Origin: an uncultured Acidobacteriota bacterium
Lineage (GTDB): Bacteria; Acidobacteriota; UBA6911
Direction: 5' to 3'
Assembly (NCBI GenBank): GCA_963843575.1
Contig: CAWJKZ010000024.1
Span: 192,001-256,000, forward strand
Length of the DNA stretch: 64,000 nt
The position numbers and the translations under genes were made by a program. The notes beneath the pieces are model-generated. The model was not told the DNA's origin and searched no databases. It worked only from the letters and a program-made list of their open reading frames with translations. The first letter of the stretch is position 1; each line of letters begins with the position of its first letter. Shown piece by piece: positions 42,578 through 51,017 of the stretch.

Positions 42578-42608
42578 GTGTGTCGCAATAAGCAGGCGCC
42601 AAATAAAG

Positions 42609-42719
42609 CAAGTGGGTCCGGGCTTCAGCCCGGACGCCTTTTGCACTTGTACATAGTGCAAGTCAAACTACGTCCGGGCTGAAGCCCGGACCCACTTGGG
42701 AGGCGGCGCCGCACTCCAA
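42609..42719. repeat. REP-like family B inverted pair plus a family A arm
   Basis: 42609-42636 forward, 42671-42698 reverse, then GGCGCCGCACTCCA. Confidence 0.85.
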
Positions 42720-42740
42720 TTTCTGCTATCATCCCCTGCC

Positions 42741-43466
42741 GTGTACAAGAGCCGCCCCATCACCGTCGTCATCCCGTGCCTGAACGAGGAGAAAGGCATC
42801 GTCGAGGTACTCTCCCGCATGCCCTCGTTCGTCGACGAGGTCATCGTCGTCGACAACAACTCGACCGACCGCACCCCCGAGCTCGCCCGCCGACACGGAG
42901 CGCGCGTGATCCACGAGAAGGTCCGGGGATACGGCCGCGCTTACAAGACCGGCCTCCTCGAAGCTCAAGGGGACATCGTCGTCACGCTCGACGGCGATCA
43001 CTCCTACCCGGTGGACGCTATTTCCTATCTCCTGGAAATCTTCCTCCGCTCCGAGGTCCGCTTCGTGTCGGCCTCGCGGTTCCCTCTGAAGAACCGGCGC
43101 GCGATGTCGGCGAAGCACTGGCTGGGCAACCGGCTCCTGAGCCTGGCGATGTCGGTCCTCTATTTCCGCTGGGTCCGCGACTCCCAGTCCGGCATGTGGG
43201 TGTTCGAGCGGGACAGCCTCTCCCGGATGCACCTCGAGAGTGACGGCATGGCCTTCAGCGAGGAGATCAAGATCGAGGCCATCCGCAACCGGCACATCGG
43301 GTTCAAGGAGATCTACATCGACTATTCCAACCGCATGGGCGAGATCAAGCTGCAGCCGTGGCGCGACGGCTGCCGCAACCTCGCGTTCCTGGTAAAGAAG
43401 CGGTTTGGGTGGCGGCGACGGCGCGACGCGGCGCCGCTCGTGCAGAAATCGGAGACCCCGCGGTGA
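42741..43466 (+). CDS. GT2 glycosyltransferase, polyprenol-phosphate sugar synthase (DPM1)-like
   Basis: VVIPCLNEE, VVDNNSTD, GYGRAYKTG, TLDGDHSYP, DSQSG. Confidence 0.9.
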   Translation: MYKSRPITVVIPCLNEEKGIVEVLSRMPSFVDEVIVVDNNSTDRTPELARRHGARVIHEKVRGYGRAYKTGLLEAQGDIVVTLDGDHSYPVDAISYLLEIFLRSEVRFVSASRFPLKNRRAMSAKHWLGNRLLSLAMSVLYFRWVRDSQSGMWVFERDSLSRMHLESDGMAFSEEIKIEAIRNRHIGFKEIYIDYSNRMGEIKLQPWRDGCRNLAFLVKKRFGWRRRRDAAPLVQKSETPR

Positions 43467-44512
43467 CGACCAGGGTGGACGGGACCGATCGACCCGGCGC
43501 CGCGGCTCCCTGTCCCGTTTGCCGGCGCGCCGACGCGCCGTTGTACGGCGTCGGACGCGACCGCCTCTTCGGCCTTGCGCCGGGTGAATACCGGCTGTAC
43601 CGCTGCCGCGGCTGCCGCTGCATATTCCAGCACCCCCTCCCCCCGGAGCCGGCGCTGGCGGGCTTCTACCCCGAGGAATACTGGTGGGACGGCGCGGCTG
43701 GGAACCGCGGGGCCGCTTCCGGGATGCTCGCGCGGGCCGAGCTTCTCTATCGAGAAACCGTCGTGCGCGACCACGTGCGCTTCGTCGCGCGCTGTGCCGG
43801 AGCCGGGGGCTCCGGTCTCCGGCTCCTCGACATCGGCTGCGGGAGCGGCACTTTCCTGGCGATGGCGGGGCGGCGCGGCTTCCAACCCTGCGGCATGGAT
43901 GTCTCCGAGCGCGCGGTCGCGGCCGCCCGGCGGCAGTACGGTCTCGACGTGCGCCACGGCGGGATCGGCAGCGCGCTCTGGGAGCCCGCGAGCTTCGACC
44001 TGGTGACGATGTTCCACGTCCTCGAGCACGTCCGCGACCCGCGCGGCGCGCTCGACTATGCCCGCGGCCTGCTCAAACCCTCGGGACGGCTCGTCGTGCA
44101 GGTCCCCAACGCGAGATCGCTCCAGGCCAGGGCGTTCGGGACGCGCTGGTACGGTCTGGACGTGCCCCGGCACCTCATCAACTTCAGCGCCGACGGCCTG
44201 GAGATCCTGCTGCGCGAGGCCGGACTGGAGATCCGCGCCGTCTCCCGTTTTTCGCTCCGCGACAACCCTGCGGCCCTCGCCTCGAGCGCGGCCCCGGCCC
44301 TGGACCCCATCGGCCGCAAGGGGCGGCGGCGCGACGCCGGCCGGCCGGCGGCCCGGGCCGCCCTCGAGCTCGCCTACTTCTCCCTGACCCTCCTGGCCCT
44401 GCCGCTCGCCCTCGCCGAGAGCGCCTTCGGGCTGGGCGCGACCCTCTGGGTCGCCGCAAGCCCGACCAACAGAAGAATAAGTGGGTCCGGGCTTCAGCCC
44501 GGACGCCTTTAG
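43463..44512 (+). CDS. Class I SAM-dependent methyltransferase with N-terminal Zn motif
   Basis: CPVC..CRGC; LLDIGCGSG; FHVLEHV; QVPN; PRHL. GTGA overlap with the upstream stop. Confidence 0.88.
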   Translation: MTTRVDGTDRPGAAAPCPVCRRADAPLYGVGRDRLFGLAPGEYRLYRCRGCRCIFQHPLPPEPALAGFYPEEYWWDGAAGNRGAASGMLARAELLYRETVVRDHVRFVARCAGAGGSGLRLLDIGCGSGTFLAMAGRRGFQPCGMDVSERAVAAARRQYGLDVRHGGIGSALWEPASFDLVTMFHVLEHVRDPRGALDYARGLLKPSGRLVVQVPNARSLQARAFGTRWYGLDVPRHLINFSADGLEILLREAGLEIRAVSRFSLRDNPAALASSAAPALDPIGRKGRRRDAGRPAARAALELAYFSLTLLALPLALAESAFGLGATLWVAASPTNRRISGSGLQPGRL

Positions 44513-44645
44513 ATCCGCCTCATCTAGAAACAGTTTCACGTCATAGTTTCAGCAAACTACGTCCGGGCTGAAGCCCGGACCCACTTGTTTTTCCGGCAGG
44601 CCGGGTGGTTCAACCGCTGGACGACCTCTGAAGCCCGGACCCACC
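44479..44645. repeat. Composite REP-like element, family B
   Basis: 44479-44505 forward, 44560-44587 reverse, 44628-44645 partial reverse; the spacer resembles 35552-35592. Confidence 0.85.
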
Positions 44646-44696
44646 TGAGTTTTCATTTGCGCGCTGCCGTGACCACGGATAGGATCTTTCCCCATC

Positions 44697-45695
44697 ATGG
44701 CAAATCTCCGGCTGACGAAAGTGAAAGTGCTGGTGACCGGCGGCGGCGGGTTTATCGGCAGCCACCTGTGCGAGCTCTGCGCCCGCGAGGGGGCGGAGGT
44801 GCGGGCGTTCGTCCATTACAACTCGCGCTCCGACTGGGGCATGCTCGAGCTCCTGGACCGGCGCGTGCTCAAGGGTATCGAAGTGCAGTCCGGGGACCTG
44901 CGCGACGCGGAAGCGGTACGCCGGGCGGTGCGCGGATGCAACTTCGTGTTCCACCTCGGGGCTTTGATCGGCATCCCCTATTCGTACGTGAACCCGCTCG
45001 ATGTCGTGTCCACGAACGTGCTGGGGACTGCGCACGTGCTGCAGGCAGGCCGCGAGTTTTCGATCGAACGCATCGTGCAGACTTCGACGAGCGAGGTGTA
45101 TGGCACAGCGCAGTACGTGCCCATGGACGAGGCGCACCCGCTCGCGCCGCAGTCCCCTTACGCGGCGTCGAAGGTGGCGGCCGACAAGCTGGCTGAAAGC
45201 TACCACAGGGCTTACGGCCTCCCTGTCACCATCGTGCGGCCGTTCAACACCTACGGCCCGCGCCAGTCGCCCCGTGCCGTTATCCCGACGATCGTGCTGC
45301 AGGCCCTGCGGGGCAAACGGATTCGGTTGGGTAACACGGGCCCGAGCCGCGACCTGACCTTCGTCACCGACACGGCGCGCGGTTTCGTCGACGCCGCCTT
45401 GAGTCCGGCCGCGGAGGGGCAGACGGTGCAGCTGGGTTCGGGGACCGAGACCTCGGTGCGGGACTTGGTCGCCGCCGTCGCGGCGATTCTCGGCAAGGAA
45501 CTTGTCGTCGTGCGCGAGCGCCGGCGTGAACGACCCCGGGGAAGCGAGGTGGAGCGCCTGTATGCGTCCAACCGGCGCGCCGCCGACCTGACAGGCTGGC
45601 GGCCGACGGTGCCGCTGGCGCGGGGTCTGCAAAAAACGATACACTGGTTCCGTGGCCGGACGGCCCTTTACAAAACGGATCTTTACCATGTCTAG
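44697..45695 (+). CDS. NAD-dependent nucleotide-sugar epimerase/4,6-dehydratase
   Basis: TGGGGFIGSHL, TSTSEVYG, YAASK, RPFNTYGPRQ. Confidence 0.92.
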   Translation: MANLRLTKVKVLVTGGGGFIGSHLCELCAREGAEVRAFVHYNSRSDWGMLELLDRRVLKGIEVQSGDLRDAEAVRRAVRGCNFVFHLGALIGIPYSYVNPLDVVSTNVLGTAHVLQAGREFSIERIVQTSTSEVYGTAQYVPMDEAHPLAPQSPYAASKVAADKLAESYHRAYGLPVTIVRPFNTYGPRQSPRAVIPTIVLQALRGKRIRLGNTGPSRDLTFVTDTARGFVDAALSPAAEGQTVQLGSGTETSVRDLVAAVAAILGKELVVVRERRRERPRGSEVERLYASNRRAADLTGWRPTVPLARGLQKTIHWFRGRTALYKTDLYHV

Positions 45696-46482
45696 CCCCA
45701 CAGAACCGCAAATCGTCGTCGTGCTGCCGGCGTACAATGCGGCGAAGACCCTCGAGCAGACCTACGCCGATTTGCCCAAGGACAAGATCTCGAAGATCAT
45801 CCTGGTGGACGACGTCAGCCAGGACCAGACCGTGGAGGTCGCCAAGGCCCTCGGGCTTTCGGTCGTGATCCACGTGCAGAACCGGGGTTACGGCGGCAAT
45901 CAGAAGACGTGCTACCTCGAGGCGCTCAAGCACGGCGCGGACGTCGTGGTGATGCTCCACCCCGATCACCAGTACGACTCGCGCCTCGTCCCCGAGCTCG
46001 TGCGCCCCATCCTGGAGGGGCGCGCCGACATGGTGATGGGCTCGCGGATCATGAACGGTCGCGCCCTCCAGGGGGGCATGCCGAAGTGGAAGTACCTGGC
46101 CAACCGGGCGCTCACCATCACCGAGAACTTTGTCTTCCGCACCCGGCTGACCGATTGCCACAGCGGATTTCGCGCCTACAGCCGCAAGCTGCTCTCCACC
46201 GTCCCGTTCCTGCTCAACTCCGACGATTTTGTCTTCGACTCCCAGATGATCGCCCAGGCGGTGCACCTGGGATTCACCATCACCGAGATCGCGGTCCAGG
46301 CTCGTTATTTCCCCGAAGCCTCCAGCGTGAACTTCAAGGTGAGCACCGTTTACGGCATCAAGACGCTGGGCGTGCTCGGGAGTTTCCTGCTGCAGCGGTC
46401 CGGCGCAGCCCACTTCCGCATCTTCGAACGCACTCTGCCGGAGGTGATCAGCAAGTACTACCATGAGGGGATCTTCCGCTGA
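45688..46482 (+). CDS. GT2 glycosyltransferase (DPM1-like)
   Basis: VVLPAYNAAKTL, VDDVSQD, NRGYGGNQKT, HPDHQY, HSGFRAY. Confidence 0.9.
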   Translation: MSSPTEPQIVVVLPAYNAAKTLEQTYADLPKDKISKIILVDDVSQDQTVEVAKALGLSVVIHVQNRGYGGNQKTCYLEALKHGADVVVMLHPDHQYDSRLVPELVRPILEGRADMVMGSRIMNGRALQGGMPKWKYLANRALTITENFVFRTRLTDCHSGFRAYSRKLLSTVPFLLNSDDFVFDSQMIAQAVHLGFTITEIAVQARYFPEASSVNFKVSTVYGIKTLGVLGSFLLQRSGAAHFRIFERTLPEVISKYYHEGIFR

Positions 46483-46509
46483 GGCCCGGCCGTCCTGAAA
46501 GCCCGGCCC

Positions 46510-47604
46510 GTGCACCCGCGCCCGAAGGGTGGAGCAGAGCGATTGTATCTACAGTGCGAGCACAACTCGAAACAACCGGGACTCGTTCCCGGTCTGGTTT
46601 CGGTCGTGGTGGTGAACTGGAACGGGATGGGGTACCTGCCCGAGTGCCTCGAGTCCGTCCGAATGCAGTCGTACGACCGGAAGGAGATCGTGGTCGTCGA
46701 CAACGGCTCGACCGATGGCTCGCGCGAATGGCTGCGCGCCCACCCGCCCGAGTGCGGCCGCCTGGTCCAGCTCGACTCGAACCGCGGCTTCGCCGGCGGC
46801 GTGAACGCGGGCATCCGCGTGTCGTCCGGTGAATACGTCGCGCTGCTGAACAACGACGCGGTCGCCGAGCGCGACTGGCTGACGCACCTGGTGGCCTCCG
46901 CGGCCGATCCCGCCGTCGGTATGGTCGCCTCGAAAATCCTGTTCTACGACCGGCGCGGCGTGATCGACAAGACGGGCCACCTGCTTTACCCCGACGGTCT
47001 GAACCGCGGCCGCGGGGCGGGCGAGACCGACAGCGGGCAGTACGACCGGGACCTGGAGATCCTGTTCCCGGACGGGTGCGCGGCCCTCTACCGCCACCGG
47101 ATGCTCCACGAGATCGGGCTGTTCGACGAAGAGTTCTTCGCCTACGGCGACGACGCGGACCTCGGGCTGCGGGCCTGCTGGCAGGGCTGGAAGTGCGCCT
47201 ACGCGCCCGGGGCCCGGGTCTACCACCGCCACTCCAGCAGCCTGGGGAAATACTCGCCCGAAAAGGCGTTCCTGGTGGAGCGCAATCGGTTCTGGGTCGC
47301 GGTGAAGCTCCTGCCCTGGCACCGCCTCGCCCTTTCGCCGTTCTTTACAATGTGGCGCTTTTGCTGGCACATTAGCAGTGTTTTCGCAGACAGGGGGCTG
47401 GCGGGGGGCGTCGCCCGGGACCACAACGCAGGCAGGCTGGCGTGGGCCTTGGTGCGCGCTTACGTCTCCGGCATATCCGGCCTGATCAACATCCTGCGCA
47501 AGCGCAGGGACGTGTTCCAGACGAGGCGCATCCGTTCGGCCGAATTCTGCCGGCTGATCCGCAAGTACCGGATTTCGGCCCGGGAACTCGCGCTGCGCGA
47601 CTGA
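46510..47604 (+). CDS. GT2 glycosyltransferase (WbbL/rhamnosyltransferase-like); start uncertain
   Basis: VSVVVVNWNG, VVDNGSTDGS, NRGFAGGVN, LLNND, FDEEFFAYGDDADL. Confidence 0.9.
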   Translation: MHPRPKGGAERLYLQCEHNSKQPGLVPGLVSVVVVNWNGMGYLPECLESVRMQSYDRKEIVVVDNGSTDGSREWLRAHPPECGRLVQLDSNRGFAGGVNAGIRVSSGEYVALLNNDAVAERDWLTHLVASAADPAVGMVASKILFYDRRGVIDKTGHLLYPDGLNRGRGAGETDSGQYDRDLEILFPDGCAALYRHRMLHEIGLFDEEFFAYGDDADLGLRACWQGWKCAYAPGARVYHRHSSSLGKYSPEKAFLVERNRFWVAVKLLPWHRLALSPFFTMWRFCWHISSVFADRGLAGGVARDHNAGRLAWALVRAYVSGISGLINILRKRRDVFQTRRIRSAEFCRLIRKYRISARELALRD

Positions 47605-47609
47605 TCACT

Positions 47610-48662
47610 ATGGCCACGACGGTCTTTCTCACCGGGGGTACGGGCTACCTCGGCGGCACGCTCCTGCGTCAGCTCCTGGACGCGGGCTACGCCGTGCGCG
47701 CGCTGGTCCGGCGCGCGCCGGCCCCCCTCCCCGCGGGCGAGGTGGAGCCGGTTGTGGGCGACCTTTCGGATCCGGACCGCCTGGCCGGGCCCATGAGGGG
47801 GTGCGCCGCCGTGTTTCACAGCGCGGCCCTGGTCTCGTGCTGGGCCCGCGACCGCCAGGACTTTTACCAGACCAACGTCGACGGTTTGCGCAACGTGTTG
47901 CGCGCCGCGGCGGCTGCGGGGACGGGAACAGTAGTCTACACGTCGTCGTTCTTCGCGCTCGGCCCGGCGGAACTGCCGGGGGCGCGCGAGGACTCCGGGG
48001 CCGAGCCCACAAGTGGGTACGGGCTTCAGCCCGGACGTAGTTTGCGTTGGCTTGGCGGCGTGTGCGGAACGCCCCCCTATCTTCACAGCAAGTTTCTGGC
48101 GCGCGCAGAGGCCCGGCAGGCGAAGGCGTCGGGATTCCCGATCGTGATCCTGTATCCCGGGGTGATCTACGGCCCGGGGCGCCGCACCGCCGGGAACCTC
48201 GTCGGCCGCCTCGTTGCGGACTTCGTGTCGGGGCGCATGTCCGCGCTGCTTGGCAACGGCCGCCAGATCTGGTCCTTCGCTTTTATCGAGGATGTCGCCC
48301 GCGGCCACCTGCGGGCCATGGAGCGGGCCGCCGGCGGGGGCGAGTTCGTCCTCGGCGGCGACAACGTGTCGCTGCGCGGGTTTTACGAGATCCTGGCGCG
48401 GCTTTCAGGCCGGCCCGCGCCGCGGCTGCGCCTCCCCGCGGTGCTCGGCGCCCTGGCCGGCGCGCTCGAGTTCGCGCGCGCGCGGGCCCTCGGCTCGATC
48501 CCCGCCGCCACCCCGGCCACCGTGCTGGCGATGTACAAGAGCTGGGCTTGCGATTCGGGCAGGGCGCAGGCGGAACTGGGGTACGACTGCACGCCCCTGG
48601 AACAGGGGCTGCGCCTCACGCTGGACGCGATGGACGTGCCCACCGGCGAGGGGCGCCAATGA
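47610..48662 (+). CDS. NAD-dependent epimerase/dehydratase (HpnA/DFR-like) carrying an in-frame REP insertion
   Basis: TGGTGYLG, FHSAA, YTSS, YLHSK, YPGVIYGPG, EDVARGH. Confidence 0.88.
   Translation: MATTVFLTGGTGYLGGTLLRQLLDAGYAVRALVRRAPAPLPAGEVEPVVGDLSDPDRLAGPMRGCAAVFHSAALVSCWARDRQDFYQTNVDGLRNVLRAAAAAGTGTVVYTSSFFALGPAELPGAREDSGAEPTSGYGLQPGRSLRWLGGVCGTPPYLHSKFLARAEARQAKASGFPIVILYPGVIYGPGRRTAGNLVGRLVADFVSGRMSALLGNGRQIWSFAFIEDVARGHLRAMERAAGGGEFVLGGDNVSLRGFYEILARLSGRPAPRLRLPAVLGALAGALEFARARALGSIPAATPATVLAMYKSWACDSGRAQAELGYDCTPLEQGLRLTLDAMDVPTGEGRQ
48010..48046. repeat. Family B REP copy inside a CDS
   Basis: CAAGTGGGTACGGGCTTCAGCCCGGACGTAGTTTGCG matches 35443-35479 with 2 mismatches. Confidence 0.85.
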
Positions 48663-48705
48663 TCCTGCGTTCGTGGAACGCCGCCGGAGCGGATCGGAGT
48701 TGCGC

Positions 48706-49425
48706 GTGCTGAATTCACGGGTGAAAAGCCTGGCCCGGCGCATCCTGCCGGACGTCGTCGCCGGATGGCTCGACCCGGTCGAGCGCACCATCGACTCCGA
48801 GGTGCGCCGTGCCGCCGCGCTGGTGGGCGACGGCCAGGTCGTGCTCGACGCCGGCGCCGGGGAAGCGCGGCACCGCGGCTTTTTCCAGCGCGGGCGCTAT
48901 GTCGCCCTGGATGCCGGGTCCGGCGACCCGGCCTGGGATTACTCGGGGCTCGACGTCCGCGGGGACCTGGGGTGCCTCCCGCTGCGCGCCCGCAGCGTGG
49001 ACGGGGTGCTCTGCATGGTGGTCCTCGAGCACACGCGCGACCCGCGCCGCACCCTGGCGGAGTTCGGGCGGGTTCTCAAACCCGGCGGTTTCCTGGTCAT
49101 GGTCGTGCCTTTCCTCTGGGAGGAACACCAGGCGCCCCACGACTACTTCCGGTTCACCCGCCACGGCGTGCGGCTCCTCTTCGAGGGCCTCCCGTTCAGG
49201 ATCGACCTGCTGTCCCCGCTCGGCGGCTTTTTCCGCGTTTGCGCGCGCCGCTGTGTGAACCTGCTCGGCTTCTTCCAGCAGGGGTGGCGCTGGCCGCTCT
49301 TCGTGCTGCTCGCGCCGTTTTTCGGGCTGCTCTTCCCGGTGCTCCTCCATTTTCTCGACGGGCTGGACCGTTCCAGGGAATTTTCCCTGGGTTTCCAGAT
49401 CCGGGCGACCAGGGACCAGGACTGA
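48706..49425 (+). CDS. Class I SAM-dependent methyltransferase (start approximate)
   Basis: VLDAGAGE, VLEH, RVLKPGG, VPFLWEEHQAPHDYFRFT. Confidence 0.85.
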   Translation: MLNSRVKSLARRILPDVVAGWLDPVERTIDSEVRRAAALVGDGQVVLDAGAGEARHRGFFQRGRYVALDAGSGDPAWDYSGLDVRGDLGCLPLRARSVDGVLCMVVLEHTRDPRRTLAEFGRVLKPGGFLVMVVPFLWEEHQAPHDYFRFTRHGVRLLFEGLPFRIDLLSPLGGFFRVCARRCVNLLGFFQQGWRWPLFVLLAPFFGLLFPVLLHFLDGLDRSREFSLGFQIRATRDQD

Positions 49426-51017
49426 TGCCGGAGACAAAGACCAGCCCGGTCCTCGACCACGGCCTCGTCCTGCTGCTCTGTGCCGCGACGTGGGGCATCA
49501 ACGCCGCGTGGCTCAGGATGGACACCCGCCCCCCGGTCTGGGACATGGCCATGCACCAGGCGTACGCCCTAAACTACCTGCCGGATGGACAGCCGCCGGG
49601 GTTTGCCCACGAGCGCTCGGGCACCTATCCGCCGTTCGTCCACCTCGTCATCGCGGCGTTCTACGCAGCCCTGCACCCGGGGCGCAACGTCGCGGCCCTG
49701 GCGAACCTCCCGGCCACGCTGTTGCTGCTGTGGGCGATCTATCTCCTTGCCCGGGACCTGTCCGGGGCATCCGCGGCACGCTGGGCGTGTTTCTTCACGG
49801 CGGCGACGCCCTTCCTGCTCTGGATGTCCAGGGAGACGGTCCTCGACTACTGGCTTTCCGCGTGGTTCGCGGTGGCGCTCCTCCTGCTGCACCGTTGTGG
49901 TTCGTTCGAATCAAGGCCCGCCGCCCTCTTGCTCGGCCTCGTCATCGGTCTCGGGATGCTGACGAAGTGGTTTTTTGCCGGGCTCCTGGTCTTTCCCCTG
50001 GGCTTCGTGCTGGTGCGGCAAAGGATTTGGCGCGACTCTGAACGCATGGTCCGGCTGTTCGACGCGCTTCTGGTGGCGGGGTTCGCGGCGGGCGTGTGGT
50101 ATCTGCCGAACATCCCCCGGCTGATGGCCTACTTTGGCGCGAACATGTCGATCGGGGCGCGCGAGGGGGAACCGCCGGTGCTGTCGTGGCAGTCCGCCAT
50201 CTACTACCTGCGGCTGCTCGAGGGCTACCAGTTGTTCGCGCTGCTGTTTGTCGTCGCCGCGGCCGGGACGGCGGTGGCGCTGAGGAGACGGCTGCTGTCC
50301 GACCCGGCCTTCTGGGCCGTGTCGGTCGCAGGCGGGTGGCTCGTCTTCACGCTGCTCAGGACCAAGGACCCCCGTTTCACCATGCCGCTGCTCGGGCCGC
50401 TGATGATCGCCTCCGGAGCGTGGCTGTCCTCCTGGCGCCACGATTTCACGCGCGGCGCGGCCAAGGTGGCGGTCGTCGCACTTCTGTGCGTCCAGGCCTA
50501 CGCCGTCAATTTCGGCATCCCGTGGCTCCCGCGCGCCGTGGTGCTGGCCCGGGGATATCAGGGCTCGCTGCGCTGGGACTGGAACCTCTACCTGCAGGAC
50601 TATTTCGGCATTCTCGGGCCGCCGCGGCGCGAAGACTGGCGCCAGCACGAGATCCTGGGCCGGATCGCGCGGCATGCGGCTGAAAACCGCGAGCGCCCGT
50701 CCCTTGCCGTGGTCCCGGACCTGCCGCATTTCAGCGCCGCGAATTTCCTGCTTCAGTCCCGGCTGGACGGTTCGCCCATGAGGGTCGACCACCCGCAGTC
50801 CGCGGCCGCTGGAGTCAGGGCCTTCGACGGTTTCAGCTATGTGCTGATGACCGAAGGGGACCAGGGGATGTCGTGGACGACCGGCGCCGCTCGCGCCCTG
50901 AACCAGATTATCGTGGACGAGCACGACGTTTTCCGGATACTGGAGCTCTACCCGCTGCCAAACGGGGATTACGTCCGGCTCTATCACATCGACCGGGAGG
51001 GAAGAACCGGTGGGTGA
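49425..51017 (+). CDS. GT-C (ArnT/PMT, GT39/GT83-like) membrane glycosyltransferase
   Basis: PPVWDMAMH, YPPF, multiple TMs, GLGMLTKW, KDPRF. Confidence 0.8.
   Translation: MPETKTSPVLDHGLVLLLCAATWGINAAWLRMDTRPPVWDMAMHQAYALNYLPDGQPPGFAHERSGTYPPFVHLVIAAFYAALHPGRNVAALANLPATLLLLWAIYLLARDLSGASAARWACFFTAATPFLLWMSRETVLDYWLSAWFAVALLLLHRCGSFESRPAALLLGLVIGLGMLTKWFFAGLLVFPLGFVLVRQRIWRDSERMVRLFDALLVAGFAAGVWYLPNIPRLMAYFGANMSIGAREGEPPVLSWQSAIYYLRLLEGYQLFALLFVVAAAGTAVALRRRLLSDPAFWAVSVAGGWLVFTLLRTKDPRFTMPLLGPLMIASGAWLSSWRHDFTRGAAKVAVVALLCVQAYAVNFGIPWLPRAVVLARGYQGSLRWDWNLYLQDYFGILGPPRREDWRQHEILGRIARHAAENRERPSLAVVPDLPHFSAANFLLQSRLDGSPMRVDHPQSAAAGVRAFDGFSYVLMTEGDQGMSWTTGAARALNQIIVDEHDVFRILELYPLPNGDYVRLYHIDREGRTGG

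Noticed and set aside
35443-44645. Family A/B repeats as CRISPR arrays
   Set aside because: Copies are inverted and dispersed, lack regular unique spacers, and no cas genes are present.
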